A stretch of 64,000 bases of DNA from Patescibacteria group bacterium (GTDB taxonomy: Bacteria > Patescibacteriota > WWE3 > UBA101185 > 2-01-FULL-41-18). The stretch is taken from positions 9,992-73,991 of the forward strand of contig JBBTST010000002.1 of the NCBI GenBank assembly GCA_038064575.1, in the 5' to 3' direction. Shown here piece after piece: positions 20,684 to 29,752 of the stretch (its first letter is position 1; each line of letters begins with the position of its first letter). A program made the translations under genes and the position numbers. The notes under the pieces were generated by a model, which saw only the letters and a list, made by a program, of their open reading frames with translations, had not been told where the DNA came from and ran no database searches.

Positions 20684-21637
20684 ATGATCTCTTTAATATC
20701 CACACTTTTCAATGAAAATGAAAACCTGCAGTTGTTTCTTGATGATATCAAGAACCAAACTCAAAAACCTGAGGAGGTGGTTTTTGTTGATGCCGGTTCT
20801 ACTGATGGTTCGTTTGAGTTAATGGCAGGGAAGTTAAAAACACTAGTTAAAGAGGGTTGTAATAGATCTGAGGGAAGAAACCTTGCTATAAATGAAGCTA
20901 AAGGTGACGTTATTGCCGTTTGTGACGGAGGAACAAGACTTGATTCAAACTGGCTTAAAATTCTCACTGCTCATTTCAAAGATCCCAACATTCATGTGGT
21001 CTCAGGGTTTTTTAAACCGGATGCCAGAACCTTTTTTGAAAAATGTTTGTCTAGTGCCACAATCCCAATTTTAGAAGAAATAGAGGAGGAAAAGTTTTTG
21101 CCATCCTCAAGGTCTCTAGCATTCAGACGGCAAGTTTGGAAAGATGTGAAGGGTTATCCGCAATGGCTCCCGGTTTGTGAAGATTTAATCTTTGATATTA
21201 AATTGAAGAAGAACGGCTTTACCTTTAAGTTTGAACCAAAAGCTATAGTTTATTGGAGACCCAGAAAAAATATCCAGGCTTTTTTTAAACAATACTATAT
21301 GTATGCCAAAGGGGATGGGCACGCAAAGTTATGGTTTGCCAGGCATGTGATTAGATATACCGCTTATTTCACCGGCTTGCTTCTAATTTATTTATCTTTT
21401 AGCGTTTCCTTTTTGTGGCTGTTACCTTTTTTTGCAGCGCAACTTGGTTACTTTAGCAAGTTTTATTACAGATATATGGGGCATTTTGAACAAGATCCGG
21501 AGTATAAAATTGGCGCTGCGTTTCCTTTAATATCCTTTCTTGTTGTAACCGGGGATATTGCCAAAATGGTTGGCTATCCAGTGGGTATTTATGAGCGGGT
21601 TACTAAAAAGATTAAATTTGAAGAGTATAGAAAGTAA
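20684..21637 (+). CDS. GT2 glycosyltransferase
   Basis: NENEN, VDAGSTDGS, GRNLAI, CEDL. Confidence 0.9.
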   Translation: MISLISTLFNENENLQLFLDDIKNQTQKPEEVVFVDAGSTDGSFELMAGKLKTLVKEGCNRSEGRNLAINEAKGDVIAVCDGGTRLDSNWLKILTAHFKDPNIHVVSGFFKPDARTFFEKCLSSATIPILEEIEEEKFLPSSRSLAFRRQVWKDVKGYPQWLPVCEDLIFDIKLKKNGFTFKFEPKAIVYWRPRKNIQAFFKQYYMYAKGDGHAKLWFARHVIRYTAYFTGLLLIYLSFSVSFLWLLPFFAAQLGYFSKFYYRYMGHFEQDPEYKIGAAFPLISFLVVTGDIAKMVGYPVGIYERVTKKIKFEEYRK

Positions 21638-21639
21638 GT

Positions 21640-22560
21640 ATGGTAGATGTTTCAGTACTGATTTTGAATTATAAGTCTAAGGAGTGGGTTTGGAGGAATC
21701 TTACAGCTTTGAAGCAGTCAATTGAATATACTCAAAAGAAGAATGTTACTTTTGAGGTCATAGTTATTGATGGTACTGAGGGCGGTGACGGGACTTGTCC
21801 TATGGTATGGGAAAATTTTAAAGAGTTTTCTTGTTTGGACCTTAAGAAGAATTTGGGTTTTCCAAGTGGAAACAACCAAGGCTTAAAAGTGGCAAAAGGT
21901 AGGTACATTTTGCTACTTAACCCTGATGCATTAGTTGAGGACAACACACTTGCTCAAATGGTGGAGTTTATGGATTTAAGAACTGATGTAGGTGTTGCTA
22001 CCTGTAAGCTTGTGCTATTAAAGACGGGGAAAATTGATCCGGCATCCCACAGAGGTGTGCCTACCCCATGGGCTTCCCTTATGTACTATACTAAGCTTGA
22101 GGCAATCTTTCCTAGATCCAAGTTGTTTGGAGGGTATCATATGGGTTGGGAGGATTTAGAGAGAGAGCATGAAATTGGTGCGTGCGCAGGGTCATTTATG
22201 ATGATAAGGAGGCAGGCTTTGGAAGCTATTGGTGGAAAATTTGATGAAGCATATTATATGTATGCAGAGGATATTGATACCTGTTTTAGGATACTTAAAA
22301 AAGGCTGGAAGATAATGTATTATCCTTATGTTAAATGTTTTCATTATAAAGGGTCCAATTCTGGTATAAAAAAGGAAACTCAAAAAGAAACTTTGGTGAG
22401 TAAAGAGGGTAAGATTAAAGCAATAAATGCCTTTTGGGATGACAATAAGTTGTTTTTTAATAAACATCTTAAGTCCCATCTCCCGCTTTTTGTGACTTAT
22501 CTTGTGTATATAGGGGTGTATGTTAAGAAATGGATTGCGCTTAAGAGATTGCATGTATAG
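21640..22560 (+). CDS. GT2 glycosyltransferase (WbbL-like)
   Basis: NLGFPSGNN, LLLNPD, FDEAYYMYAEDIDTC. Confidence 0.9.
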   Translation: MVDVSVLILNYKSKEWVWRNLTALKQSIEYTQKKNVTFEVIVIDGTEGGDGTCPMVWENFKEFSCLDLKKNLGFPSGNNQGLKVAKGRYILLLNPDALVEDNTLAQMVEFMDLRTDVGVATCKLVLLKTGKIDPASHRGVPTPWASLMYYTKLEAIFPRSKLFGGYHMGWEDLEREHEIGACAGSFMMIRRQALEAIGGKFDEAYYMYAEDIDTCFRILKKGWKIMYYPYVKCFHYKGSNSGIKKETQKETLVSKEGKIKAINAFWDDNKLFFNKHLKSHLPLFVTYLVYIGVYVKKWIALKRLHV

Positions 22561-22581
22561 TTTGGTATAATTTGTCAAAAT

Positions 22582-23733
22582 ATGACTTCTGAAATTAGAG
22601 TAGCAATTGTGCATGATGATTTGATTCAGTTTGGTGGGGCTGAGAAAGTGTTTATGGCTCTCCTTGATCTTTATCCTTCTGCTTCTGTTTATACCTCCGT
22701 GATCTCAACCGAATGGAAAGATATACTCCAGAAGAAAAAGATCAATGTTTCAACTTCCTTTATGCAGAGCCTTATAAATGCGGTTTCCTGGAATAGATTT
22801 TATTCAACTTTCTTATTTCATCTGATTGCCTTTGAACGATTTGATTTGTCTTCTTTTGACCTTGTAATTTCTTCCTCCTCAAGATTTGCTCATGGCGTAA
22901 TCACAAAGCCCGATACCAAACACATTTGCTATATGCATTCTCCTGGGAGAATGTTTTGGGAGCAATCAAAGTATTTTGAGAATGAAAAACTAAGTAAAAA
23001 TATCTTTGGAAGAATTGTTTATACTTTGGGTTCTTTTCCGTTGTCTTTTATGAGGCTTTGGGATTATGCCGCTTCTCAAAGAGTAGACATGTTTGTATCT
23101 AACTCTATAGGTGTGCACAATAAAATTACAAGATTTTATCAGAGAGATTCTTCTGTTATCTATCCTTTTTGTGATGTTTCTTACTTTACAGAGCAAGCTT
23201 CTGAGGAAACCGGTTCCAAAGGAGAGTATGGGGAGTTTTATTTGGTGTTATCAAGACTTATTTCTTGGAAGAAAATTGAGATTGCTATTGAGGCGTGTAA
23301 GAAAACAAACAACAAACTCATAATAGCGGGTGATGGTCCTGATAGAAAACGCCTTGAAAAGCTAGCTGGGTCAAACTGCACATTTCTGGGTTTTGTGGAT
23401 GAACCTCAGAAGAAAAAGCTTCTAAGAGATGCTAAAGCTCTTATTCTCACACAGGAAGAGGATTTTGGGCTAACAAGCCTTGAGGCAATGGCTTCAGGAA
23501 CTCCTGTAATAGCATATGGCTTAGGCGGTGCATTGGAAACGGTTGTACCGGGTAACACAGGTGAGTTTTTTTCTCCTCAGACGAGCGCCGCTTTGGCTTT
23601 AATTTTGGAAAAGTTTTCAAGGGATACTTACAAAAGTGAAGTCAGTTTAGCAAGAGCAAAGGAATTTGATAAAACCGTCTTTTTAGGTAAAATGAAGGCC
23701 TTGATTGAAAGCTTCTATGTACCCAAAAATTAA
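22582..23733 (+). CDS. GT4 glycosyltransferase (WbaZ-like)
   Basis: HDDLIQFGGAEKV, EEDFGLTSLEAMASGTPVIA. Confidence 0.9.
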   Translation: MTSEIRVAIVHDDLIQFGGAEKVFMALLDLYPSASVYTSVISTEWKDILQKKKINVSTSFMQSLINAVSWNRFYSTFLFHLIAFERFDLSSFDLVISSSSRFAHGVITKPDTKHICYMHSPGRMFWEQSKYFENEKLSKNIFGRIVYTLGSFPLSFMRLWDYAASQRVDMFVSNSIGVHNKITRFYQRDSSVIYPFCDVSYFTEQASEETGSKGEYGEFYLVLSRLISWKKIEIAIEACKKTNNKLIIAGDGPDRKRLEKLAGSNCTFLGFVDEPQKKKLLRDAKALILTQEEDFGLTSLEAMASGTPVIAYGLGGALETVVPGNTGEFFSPQTSAALALILEKFSRDTYKSEVSLARAKEFDKTVFLGKMKALIESFYVPKN

Positions 23734-24340
23734 ACGGCTGATGGATATAGCTATATCTTCAACTGCTCTTTTGCTATTTTTTCCTTTTGCTGCCATTTTG
23801 ATGCTTATGATTTTTATAGAAGATAAAGCCTCTCCAATATACCGACAACCAAGAGTGGGAAGGCATAGAAAGCTTTTTAGTTTTTATAAATTTAGATCTA
23901 TGGTGAAAAATGCGGATGAACTTTTATTTTCTAATCCCAGCTTTTTGGAAAGGCTTAGAAGCGGCAATCATAAGATGAAAGATGATCCGAGAATAACAAG
24001 AATTGGAAAATTTATAAGAAAATTTAGTATTGATGAGTTTCCTCAGTTTATAAATGTGTTGATGGGAGATATGAGTTTTGTAGGCCCAAGGCCCTTCAGA
24101 CCTGATGAACTTGAAAAATATGAGAAAAGTGGAAAAGTGTTAAAAGATGCCGTAGACAAGATTTTATCAGTTAAACCGGGAATTACAGGGCTGTGGCAAA
24201 CCGGAGGCAGGTCTGAACTCTCATTTGATGATAGGATTAATATAGAGCTTAAATATGCCACACATTGCTCTCTTATGTTGGATCTGTATATAATCTTTAA
24301 GACGCCGATTGCTGTCTTTCAAGCAAAGGGGGCCTTGTAA
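23717..24340 (+). CDS. Priming polyprenyl-phosphate glycosylphosphotransferase (Bac_transf)
   Basis: KRLMDI, YKFRSM, DDPRITRIGKFIRKFSIDEFPQ, GDMSFVGPRP, KPGITGLWQ. Confidence 0.95.
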   Translation: MYPKIKRLMDIAISSTALLLFFPFAAILMLMIFIEDKASPIYRQPRVGRHRKLFSFYKFRSMVKNADELLFSNPSFLERLRSGNHKMKDDPRITRIGKFIRKFSIDEFPQFINVLMGDMSFVGPRPFRPDELEKYEKSGKVLKDAVDKILSVKPGITGLWQTGGRSELSFDDRINIELKYATHCSLMLDLYIIFKTPIAVFQAKGAL

Positions 24341-24364
24341 TTAATCGTTAAGGAAAATGAGTCT

Positions 24365-26341
24365 ATGACAATCTCAAATTTTTGGAAACCGAGTACTAAT
24401 TTTAAACTTCCTTTTGGTACTGATTTTGAATCCCTTGATCCTAAGAGAAAAAAGCTATTGAAAGTTCTTGGTATAGTGGGAGCTTCGTTTTTTGCGCTTG
24501 CTTTGGTTGTTGCGATTCTTCTTTTTGTTTTTGTTATCAAGCCTTCCTTAGCCGTCTTGTCCCAAGTAAATAAGCTTAAGGAAGATCAGATGCTTGTGCA
24601 AAAAGCTTTTAAAAACCAGGATATAGATGCTATTAATCTGTCTTTGGAAACTCTTAAAAATGATCTGGAAACCCTAAGAAATGTAAGAGACGCTTCCTTT
24701 CCCTGGGCGGCAAAATTTGGACCGTTTGTGAATTATTACACTGATTCAAATCATTTTATTACTGCGGGAACCTTGGCCGTTGATGCACTTAAGGAATTTG
24801 TTGTTGTTGCTGAACCCTTTGCTGATGCTGCCGGCTTTAAGAAAAATGATATTGTTATTACTGATAGCAGTGCCCCATCGGGTTTTGCGGAGGCCTTTGC
24901 AACTTGGGTAAGAATAATGCCGGAGGTTGCAGGTAATATGGATGGGGTAATTGATAAGTTTGACAAGGTAGGTGATGAACTTTCTCTGGTTGATGCTAGG
25001 CGCTATCCGCAGTCTATAAGCGGCTTTCCTGTGAGATCAAACATAGAGGCTGCGCAGCAGTATTTAACACAGGCTTCTGAATATGGCCCAGATATTAAAG
25101 CTGCCTTAACTATAATACCTCCTCTCCTTGGGGTGGGTCAGGAAAAGAGGTACGCAATAATAATGCAAAACGATGCAGAGATTAGGCCAACAGGGGGTTT
25201 TTGGACCAATTATGCTACATTTAGGATCTTAAACGCAGCTTTAAACTCCGATTTCTCCTCCAAAGACATGTATTCAATGGATGAGATTATTGCAACCACT
25301 GATACCATTTACACATCTCCTTTCCCAAAGCCTTTGGCTCCTTATAGAGACTTTCTAAAAGTAGAGCATACTTATGCAAGAGATGCTAACTTTTCTCCTG
25401 ACTTTGTAACTGCAGTTGATAGCTGGATGTGGTATTACAAGTTTGTTGGAAGAATACAACCTCTTGAGGCAAAGCCAATCAATGGGGTTTTTGCTATTGA
25501 CACACATGTTATTGAAGAGTTGTTAAGAGTTACAGGTCCTGTTGATGTAAATGGGGTTTCCTACAGTGCCGACAATGTTGTTTTGGAACTTGAGAAAATC
25601 GCGAGTCTTGGTTTGAAGGAACAACAGGGTAGAAAGAAGGTTTTGGGAGATTTGATGGAATCCATGCTTATTAACATGTATAGGTCTGAGAGTAATTTGT
25701 GGCCAAAGTTTGTGGAAACTGGAATTAGGCTTGCTGTGGAGAAGCACGCTTTTGCCTATGTTTTCCCAACTCAGGATGAGCAGACTGTAAGAGCTCAGGA
25801 GCTTCTTGAAAAGTATAATTTTTCAGGTCGTATTCAGGAGACTAAAGGTGAAGATTATTCTTTTGTGGTGAGCACCAATCTTGGAGGGGATAAAACAAAT
25901 ACTTTTGTGACTAAGGAAGTGGAGCACAAGATTTTAGAGGAAAACGGTAAATGGGTTCATGATGTGACAATTGATTACAAATACGGACAGCCAAAACCTG
26001 GGTATGAACCTTTAGTCACTGTTTATAGAGACTGGATTAGGGTATATGCGCCTTTAGGAGCAAAGCTCTTGGTTTTAGAGGGAAGCGATGCAAAAACGGA
26101 AGCTGATACTGGGGAAGAAAGAGGCAAAGTGTATTTTGCGGGACATTTAACGCTTGCTCCAAACGAGTCAAAAACAATCAGATTTAAATATGAGTTGCCA
26201 GATGGTGTTGTAAAAAGTGGTTTGTATTCCGTCTATTTGCAAAAACAGGGTGGGACAAGTGATGACTTGCATAAAGTTACATTTAACGGCAGAACGATGG
26301 AGGAAAAACTTGTTACTGATAAGACTCTTACTTTCAGATAA
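24365..26341 (+). CDS. DUF4012 domain membrane-anchored protein
   Basis: N-terminal TM, QNDAEIRPTGGF, RDANFSPDF, NLGGDKTN, QKQGG. Confidence 0.85.
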   Translation: MTISNFWKPSTNFKLPFGTDFESLDPKRKKLLKVLGIVGASFFALALVVAILLFVFVIKPSLAVLSQVNKLKEDQMLVQKAFKNQDIDAINLSLETLKNDLETLRNVRDASFPWAAKFGPFVNYYTDSNHFITAGTLAVDALKEFVVVAEPFADAAGFKKNDIVITDSSAPSGFAEAFATWVRIMPEVAGNMDGVIDKFDKVGDELSLVDARRYPQSISGFPVRSNIEAAQQYLTQASEYGPDIKAALTIIPPLLGVGQEKRYAIIMQNDAEIRPTGGFWTNYATFRILNAALNSDFSSKDMYSMDEIIATTDTIYTSPFPKPLAPYRDFLKVEHTYARDANFSPDFVTAVDSWMWYYKFVGRIQPLEAKPINGVFAIDTHVIEELLRVTGPVDVNGVSYSADNVVLELEKIASLGLKEQQGRKKVLGDLMESMLINMYRSESNLWPKFVETGIRLAVEKHAFAYVFPTQDEQTVRAQELLEKYNFSGRIQETKGEDYSFVVSTNLGGDKTNTFVTKEVEHKILEENGKWVHDVTIDYKYGQPKPGYEPLVTVYRDWIRVYAPLGAKLLVLEGSDAKTEADTGEERGKVYFAGHLTLAPNESKTIRFKYELPDGVVKSGLYSVYLQKQGGTSDDLHKVTFNGRTMEEKLVTDKTLTFR

Positions 26342-26349
26342 TCATTAAC

Positions 26350-27102
26350 ATGAGGTCTACCAAAGTTGAGGGCATAATTCTCAAGTACAAAAATTATGAT
26401 GAGGCATCCAGACTTTTTACGCTTTTCACAAAGGAAAGGGGAAAGATAAAAGCTGTTGCTAAGGGTGTTAGGCGAATAACGTCTAAGCGTTCTGGGTCTT
26501 TGGATCTCATGAGTCATGTAAGAGTGTCTTTGGTAGAGACTAGGGGTTTACCCCTTATTACTGAAGTGGCTCTTGTTGATAGTTTTGATGCTCTTAAAGG
26601 GAATTTAAAAGATTTTAGCCTATCTTTTTCTGTGCTTGAGATTTTGGATAAGTTTTTTGAGGAAGAGGATCTTAATGAAGAAGCTTTTATGCTTACACTT
26701 GGGTTGTTGAGGAGGGCTGGTAGGTTAACGGGTCTTAAAAGGGAACTTTCATTAGCATATTTTCAATTTAAATTGCTTGCGCTTCTTGGGCTTGATCCAA
26801 TAACAAGCTTTTGTGTTAAGTGTATGAAAGATATTGATGGGCACTCTGAAAAGGTGGTCTTTAACCCCTCAGAGGGCGGTGTGGAGTGTCCTTACTGTTC
26901 AGGTGGGGTAAAGGGGCTTAGTCTTTTGAATGGTACGCTTAAACTTATTTCAGCAATCAAGACTACACAGTTTGATAACCTTGCCTTTGCTGTTATTTCT
27001 CCCGGAAACGTTTATGAGCTTGAAGAAATGATTAAAGTTCATATTGAAGCCAGTCTTAATGAAAAACTTGTTGCATCAAAAATTCTTGTTGGTTTAAAAT
27101 GA
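26350..27102 (+). CDS. recO: DNA repair protein RecO
   Basis: EGIILK..Y.E..RL..LFTKERGKI..VAKGVRR..SK; CxxC...CxxC zinc finger. Confidence 0.95.
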   Translation: MRSTKVEGIILKYKNYDEASRLFTLFTKERGKIKAVAKGVRRITSKRSGSLDLMSHVRVSLVETRGLPLITEVALVDSFDALKGNLKDFSLSFSVLEILDKFFEEEDLNEEAFMLTLGLLRRAGRLTGLKRELSLAYFQFKLLALLGLDPITSFCVKCMKDIDGHSEKVVFNPSEGGVECPYCSGGVKGLSLLNGTLKLISAIKTTQFDNLAFAVISPGNVYELEEMIKVHIEASLNEKLVASKILVGLK

Positions 27103-27162
27103 CAAAATAAGGCAGCTGTGAAAAAATCAAAATTTTTACCAGCTCATGCCTCTGAGAAAGAC

Positions 27163-27191
27163 TTGACGCAGCTTTAATCTTTTTCTATAGT
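27163..27191 (+). promoter_or_regulatory. Sigma70-type promoter of the glyQS leader
   Basis: TTGACG-N17-TATAGT. Confidence 0.8.
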
Positions 27192-27197
27192 TTGGGA

Positions 27198-27344
27198 GGC
27201 TAGCGTTGAAGGGGTTGGCATCCCTGAGCTCCTTAATTTTAATAGAGGTGGTTTGGCGTTTGCCAAACAACAAGGATGGAACCGCGAAGAAACCTTCGTT
27301 CCTTGATCTAAGTGATTTTAGGTTAGGGAAGGAAGGTTTATTTT
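27198..27344 (+). promoter_or_regulatory. Glycine T-box riboswitch with ultrashort Stem I
   Basis: K-turn stem AGC-GTT-GAAGGGGT-TGGC-ATCCCTGA-GCT (27202-27230) with GGC at 27217-27219; Stem III GTTTGGC-GTTT-GCCAAAC; antiterminator CAAGGA-TGGAACC-GCGAAG...CTTCGT-TCCTTG; competing terminator 27290-27339 with T-tract; directly upstream of GlyRS. Confidence 0.88.
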
Positions 27345-27346
27345 AT

Positions 27347-28723
27347 ATGCAAGAAGAGTTAATGAACAAGATTACAAGTCTTTGTAAAAGGCGAGGATTT
27401 GTGTATCCGACTTCAGAAATTTATGGGGGGTTTGTAAGTTCTTATGACTACGGGCCGTATGGAGCCAGCCTTCTTAGAAATATCAGAAACCTTTGGTGGC
27501 GAGAATTTATTGAAAAACGGGAGGATATGGTGGGGCTTGATTCGCAGATTATTCTCCATCCTAAAACTTGGGAGGCATCCGGACATGTTACTAGTTTCAA
27601 TGAGCCTTTAGTTGAAGATAAGGTAACCCACAAACGCTACAGGGCTGATCATTTGATTGAAACTTGGCTTAAGGTTAACAAGCCTAATGGCAATTTGGTG
27701 TCAGAAGACATGACTTTTGAAGAACTGGCTTCTTTTATCCTTGAGCATAAAGTAAAAAGTCCTGATGGGAATGAGATAACTTCACCAAAAAAATTTAACC
27801 AGCTTTTTAAAACGAGTGTAGGAGTGGTTGAGGGAGATAAATCTGAGGTCTATTTAAGGGGGGAGACAGCGCAAGGGATTTTTTCTAATTTTAAAAACAT
27901 ACTTGATTCTACGAGGATGAGACTTCCATTTGGAGTTGGACAGATTGGAAAAAGCTTTAGGAATGAAATTACTACCGGGCAATTTATTTTTAGAACTCTT
28001 GAGTTTGAGCAGGCAGAAATTGAATATTTTTTTGATCCTGAAAAGTCTGACTGGCAAAAGTTAATGACCGACTGGAAGGCTGCTATGTATACTTTTGTAA
28101 CCAAAACTTTGGGTGTTAGAGAAGAAAACCTTAGATGGCGAAGACACACTGATAAAGAGAGAAGTCATTATAGTAAAGATACATATGACCTTGATTACCA
28201 GTTTCCTTTTGGGTGGAAGGAATTATGGGGAATTGCGTATCGAACTAATTATGATCTGACACAACATGCTAAATTTTCAGGACAAGACTTAGCTTTTAGA
28301 GACCAGGAGTCTGGGAAGGTGTTTGTACCTCATGTTGTTGAACCAGCGGTTGGGCTTAATCGCTTGTTTTTTACGGTTTTAGCGGATGCTTATGTAGAAG
28401 AGGAAAGGCGCGTAGTGCTCAAACTAAAGCCTGAACTGGCCCCTTATAAGGTGGCAGTTTTTCCTCTTGTTGCTAATAAAGAGGAGCTGACCCGAAAAGC
28501 AAGGTTGGTTTATGACAATTTAAAGATGTCTGTGCCAACTTTATGGGATGCTAGGGGCAATATTGGAAAAAGATATTATGCTCAGGACGAGCTTGGAACC
28601 CCTTATTGTGTCACAATTGATTATCAGACTTTGGAGGATGAAACTGTGACTGTGAGAAACAGAGATACAATGGTTCAGGAGAGAGTTAATATGAAAGAAA
28701 TTCTTAGTAAGATTGGTTTCTGA
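27347..28723 (+). CDS. glyQS: Glycine--tRNA ligase, alpha2 (homodimeric) type
   Basis: LCKRRGF..SEIYGG, YLRGETAQGIF, GKSFRNEIT, HYSK, GNIGKRY..QDELGTP. True start MQEELM at 27347; the ORF-track extension runs through the T-box. Confidence 0.97.
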   Translation: MQEELMNKITSLCKRRGFVYPTSEIYGGFVSSYDYGPYGASLLRNIRNLWWREFIEKREDMVGLDSQIILHPKTWEASGHVTSFNEPLVEDKVTHKRYRADHLIETWLKVNKPNGNLVSEDMTFEELASFILEHKVKSPDGNEITSPKKFNQLFKTSVGVVEGDKSEVYLRGETAQGIFSNFKNILDSTRMRLPFGVGQIGKSFRNEITTGQFIFRTLEFEQAEIEYFFDPEKSDWQKLMTDWKAAMYTFVTKTLGVREENLRWRRHTDKERSHYSKDTYDLDYQFPFGWKELWGIAYRTNYDLTQHAKFSGQDLAFRDQESGKVFVPHVVEPAVGLNRLFFTVLADAYVEEERRVVLKLKPELAPYKVAVFPLVANKEELTRKARLVYDNLKMSVPTLWDARGNIGKRYYAQDELGTPYCVTIDYQTLEDETVTVRNRDTMVQERVNMKEILSKIGF

Positions 28724-28756
28724 GCAATTATAAGTGAATGTATATTAGACTGTCAA

Positions 28757-28792
28757 GATCTTTCATACCAACGCTGGTTGATATGAAAGATC
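28757..28792. terminator. Probable bidirectional terminator hairpin
   Basis: GATCTTTCATA...TATGAAAGATC inverted repeat between convergent genes. Confidence 0.65.
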
Positions 28793-28798
28793 AATAGA

Positions 28799-29101
28799 CT
28801 AAGGTGCATCTTCGAAGCTTCCACTATCCTTCAATGCTTCTATCAGAGACTTGATGCTCACTCCGAATAGCCTTAGACCAGGATGTTCGTTTTCTGAGAC
28901 AAGGATAATTTCAAAGCTTGCAGTTTTTGGCATACCTTGTTTCAGGGCTTTTAAACATGTTCCTTTAGGATTACGCTTAAATAAAAGTTCGACTTCAGGC
29001 CGGGTAGGCCAGACTATAACATCTGGGTGATCCTCATCCTCAACCAGTTGGATTGCTTCATACCTATTTTTCACTACTCTTATTGTAAAAAGGGCACCCA
29101 T
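28799..29101 (-). CDS. Hypothetical protein, possible pseudo-receiver domain
   Basis: ATG 29101 preceded by AAAGGATGGAG; VVKNRYEAIQLVEDEDHPDVIVW resembles the receiver beta2-alpha2-beta3 segment. Confidence 0.55.
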   Translation of the reverse strand: MGALFTIRVVKNRYEAIQLVEDEDHPDVIVWPTRPEVELLFKRNPKGTCLKALKQGMPKTASFEIILVSENEHPGLRLFGVSIKSLIEALKDSGSFEDAP

Positions 29102-29245
29102 GATGCTCCATCCTTTGTTTTGTAGGTTAGGTAAACCCACCTTTCCAGTTTCATACGTTCGGAGGCGGGAGTTCTAAGTTAGATTATTTGCTTTATAACC
29201 CTTTATACAGATTAAGTCAATTCAAGACTTCGGGTTCTCTTTGTA

Positions 29246-29295
29246 TTGACAGTATTTCTACATTGGTTTTAAATGGTGATAAATGGTGAATAGGT
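29246..29295 (+). promoter_or_regulatory. mraZ promoter with probable MraZ-binding direct repeats
   Basis: TTGACA-N17-TTAAAT; TGGTT/TGGTG/TGGTG at 29264, 29274, 29284 (10-nt period). Confidence 0.65.
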
Positions 29296-29320
29296 AACAA
29301 TTAACGAACATTGAAAAGTT

Positions 29321-29752
29321 ATGATCATTGGAGAATACAAAAGTAAACTTGTAACTGGCAATAGAATAGCGTTTCCTAAAAAATTCAGAGATGAGTTAGG
29401 AGGAAAACTTATTGTCACAAGAGGGTATGAGGGGTGTTTGGTGATAGTTGATGAGAAGGGATGGAGCGGTCTAATTACTGATGCTGCCAAAGGTCCCTTT
29501 GTTTCTCAGTCTGTTAGAGACACTACCAGATTTTTGCTTGGCGGTGCTTTTGAGGTTGAACTTGATGATCAAGGTAGATTCGTACTGCCTCCGAATTTAC
29601 GTGATTATTGTGCAATCTCTGAAGAAGCTACGTTTTTAGGACTTGGAAGATGGGTTGAGCTTTGGAGCGCAAATTCCTGGGATGAAAGGAAAAAATACAT
29701 AGATGATCATAGCAGTGATTTAGGCGAAAAATTGGCCAACCTGAAGATTTAA
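29321..29752 (+). CDS. mraZ: Division/cell wall cluster regulator MraZ
   Basis: GEY...RIAFPKKFR, VTRGYEGCL, ELDDQGRFVLP, VELW. Confidence 0.96.
   Translation: MIIGEYKSKLVTGNRIAFPKKFRDELGGKLIVTRGYEGCLVIVDEKGWSGLITDAAKGPFVSQSVRDTTRFLLGGAFEVELDDQGRFVLPPNLRDYCAISEEATFLGLGRWVELWSANSWDERKKYIDDHSSDLGEKLANLKI

Noticed and set aside
20629-20751. N-terminal extension of the flippase overlapping the divergent GT2
   Set aside because: A better start exists at 20628 with a -10 element 6 nt upstream
27206-27346. 47-aa N-terminal extension of GlyRS in the ORF track
   Set aside because: It coincides with the T-box leader; homology begins at MQEELM (27347)
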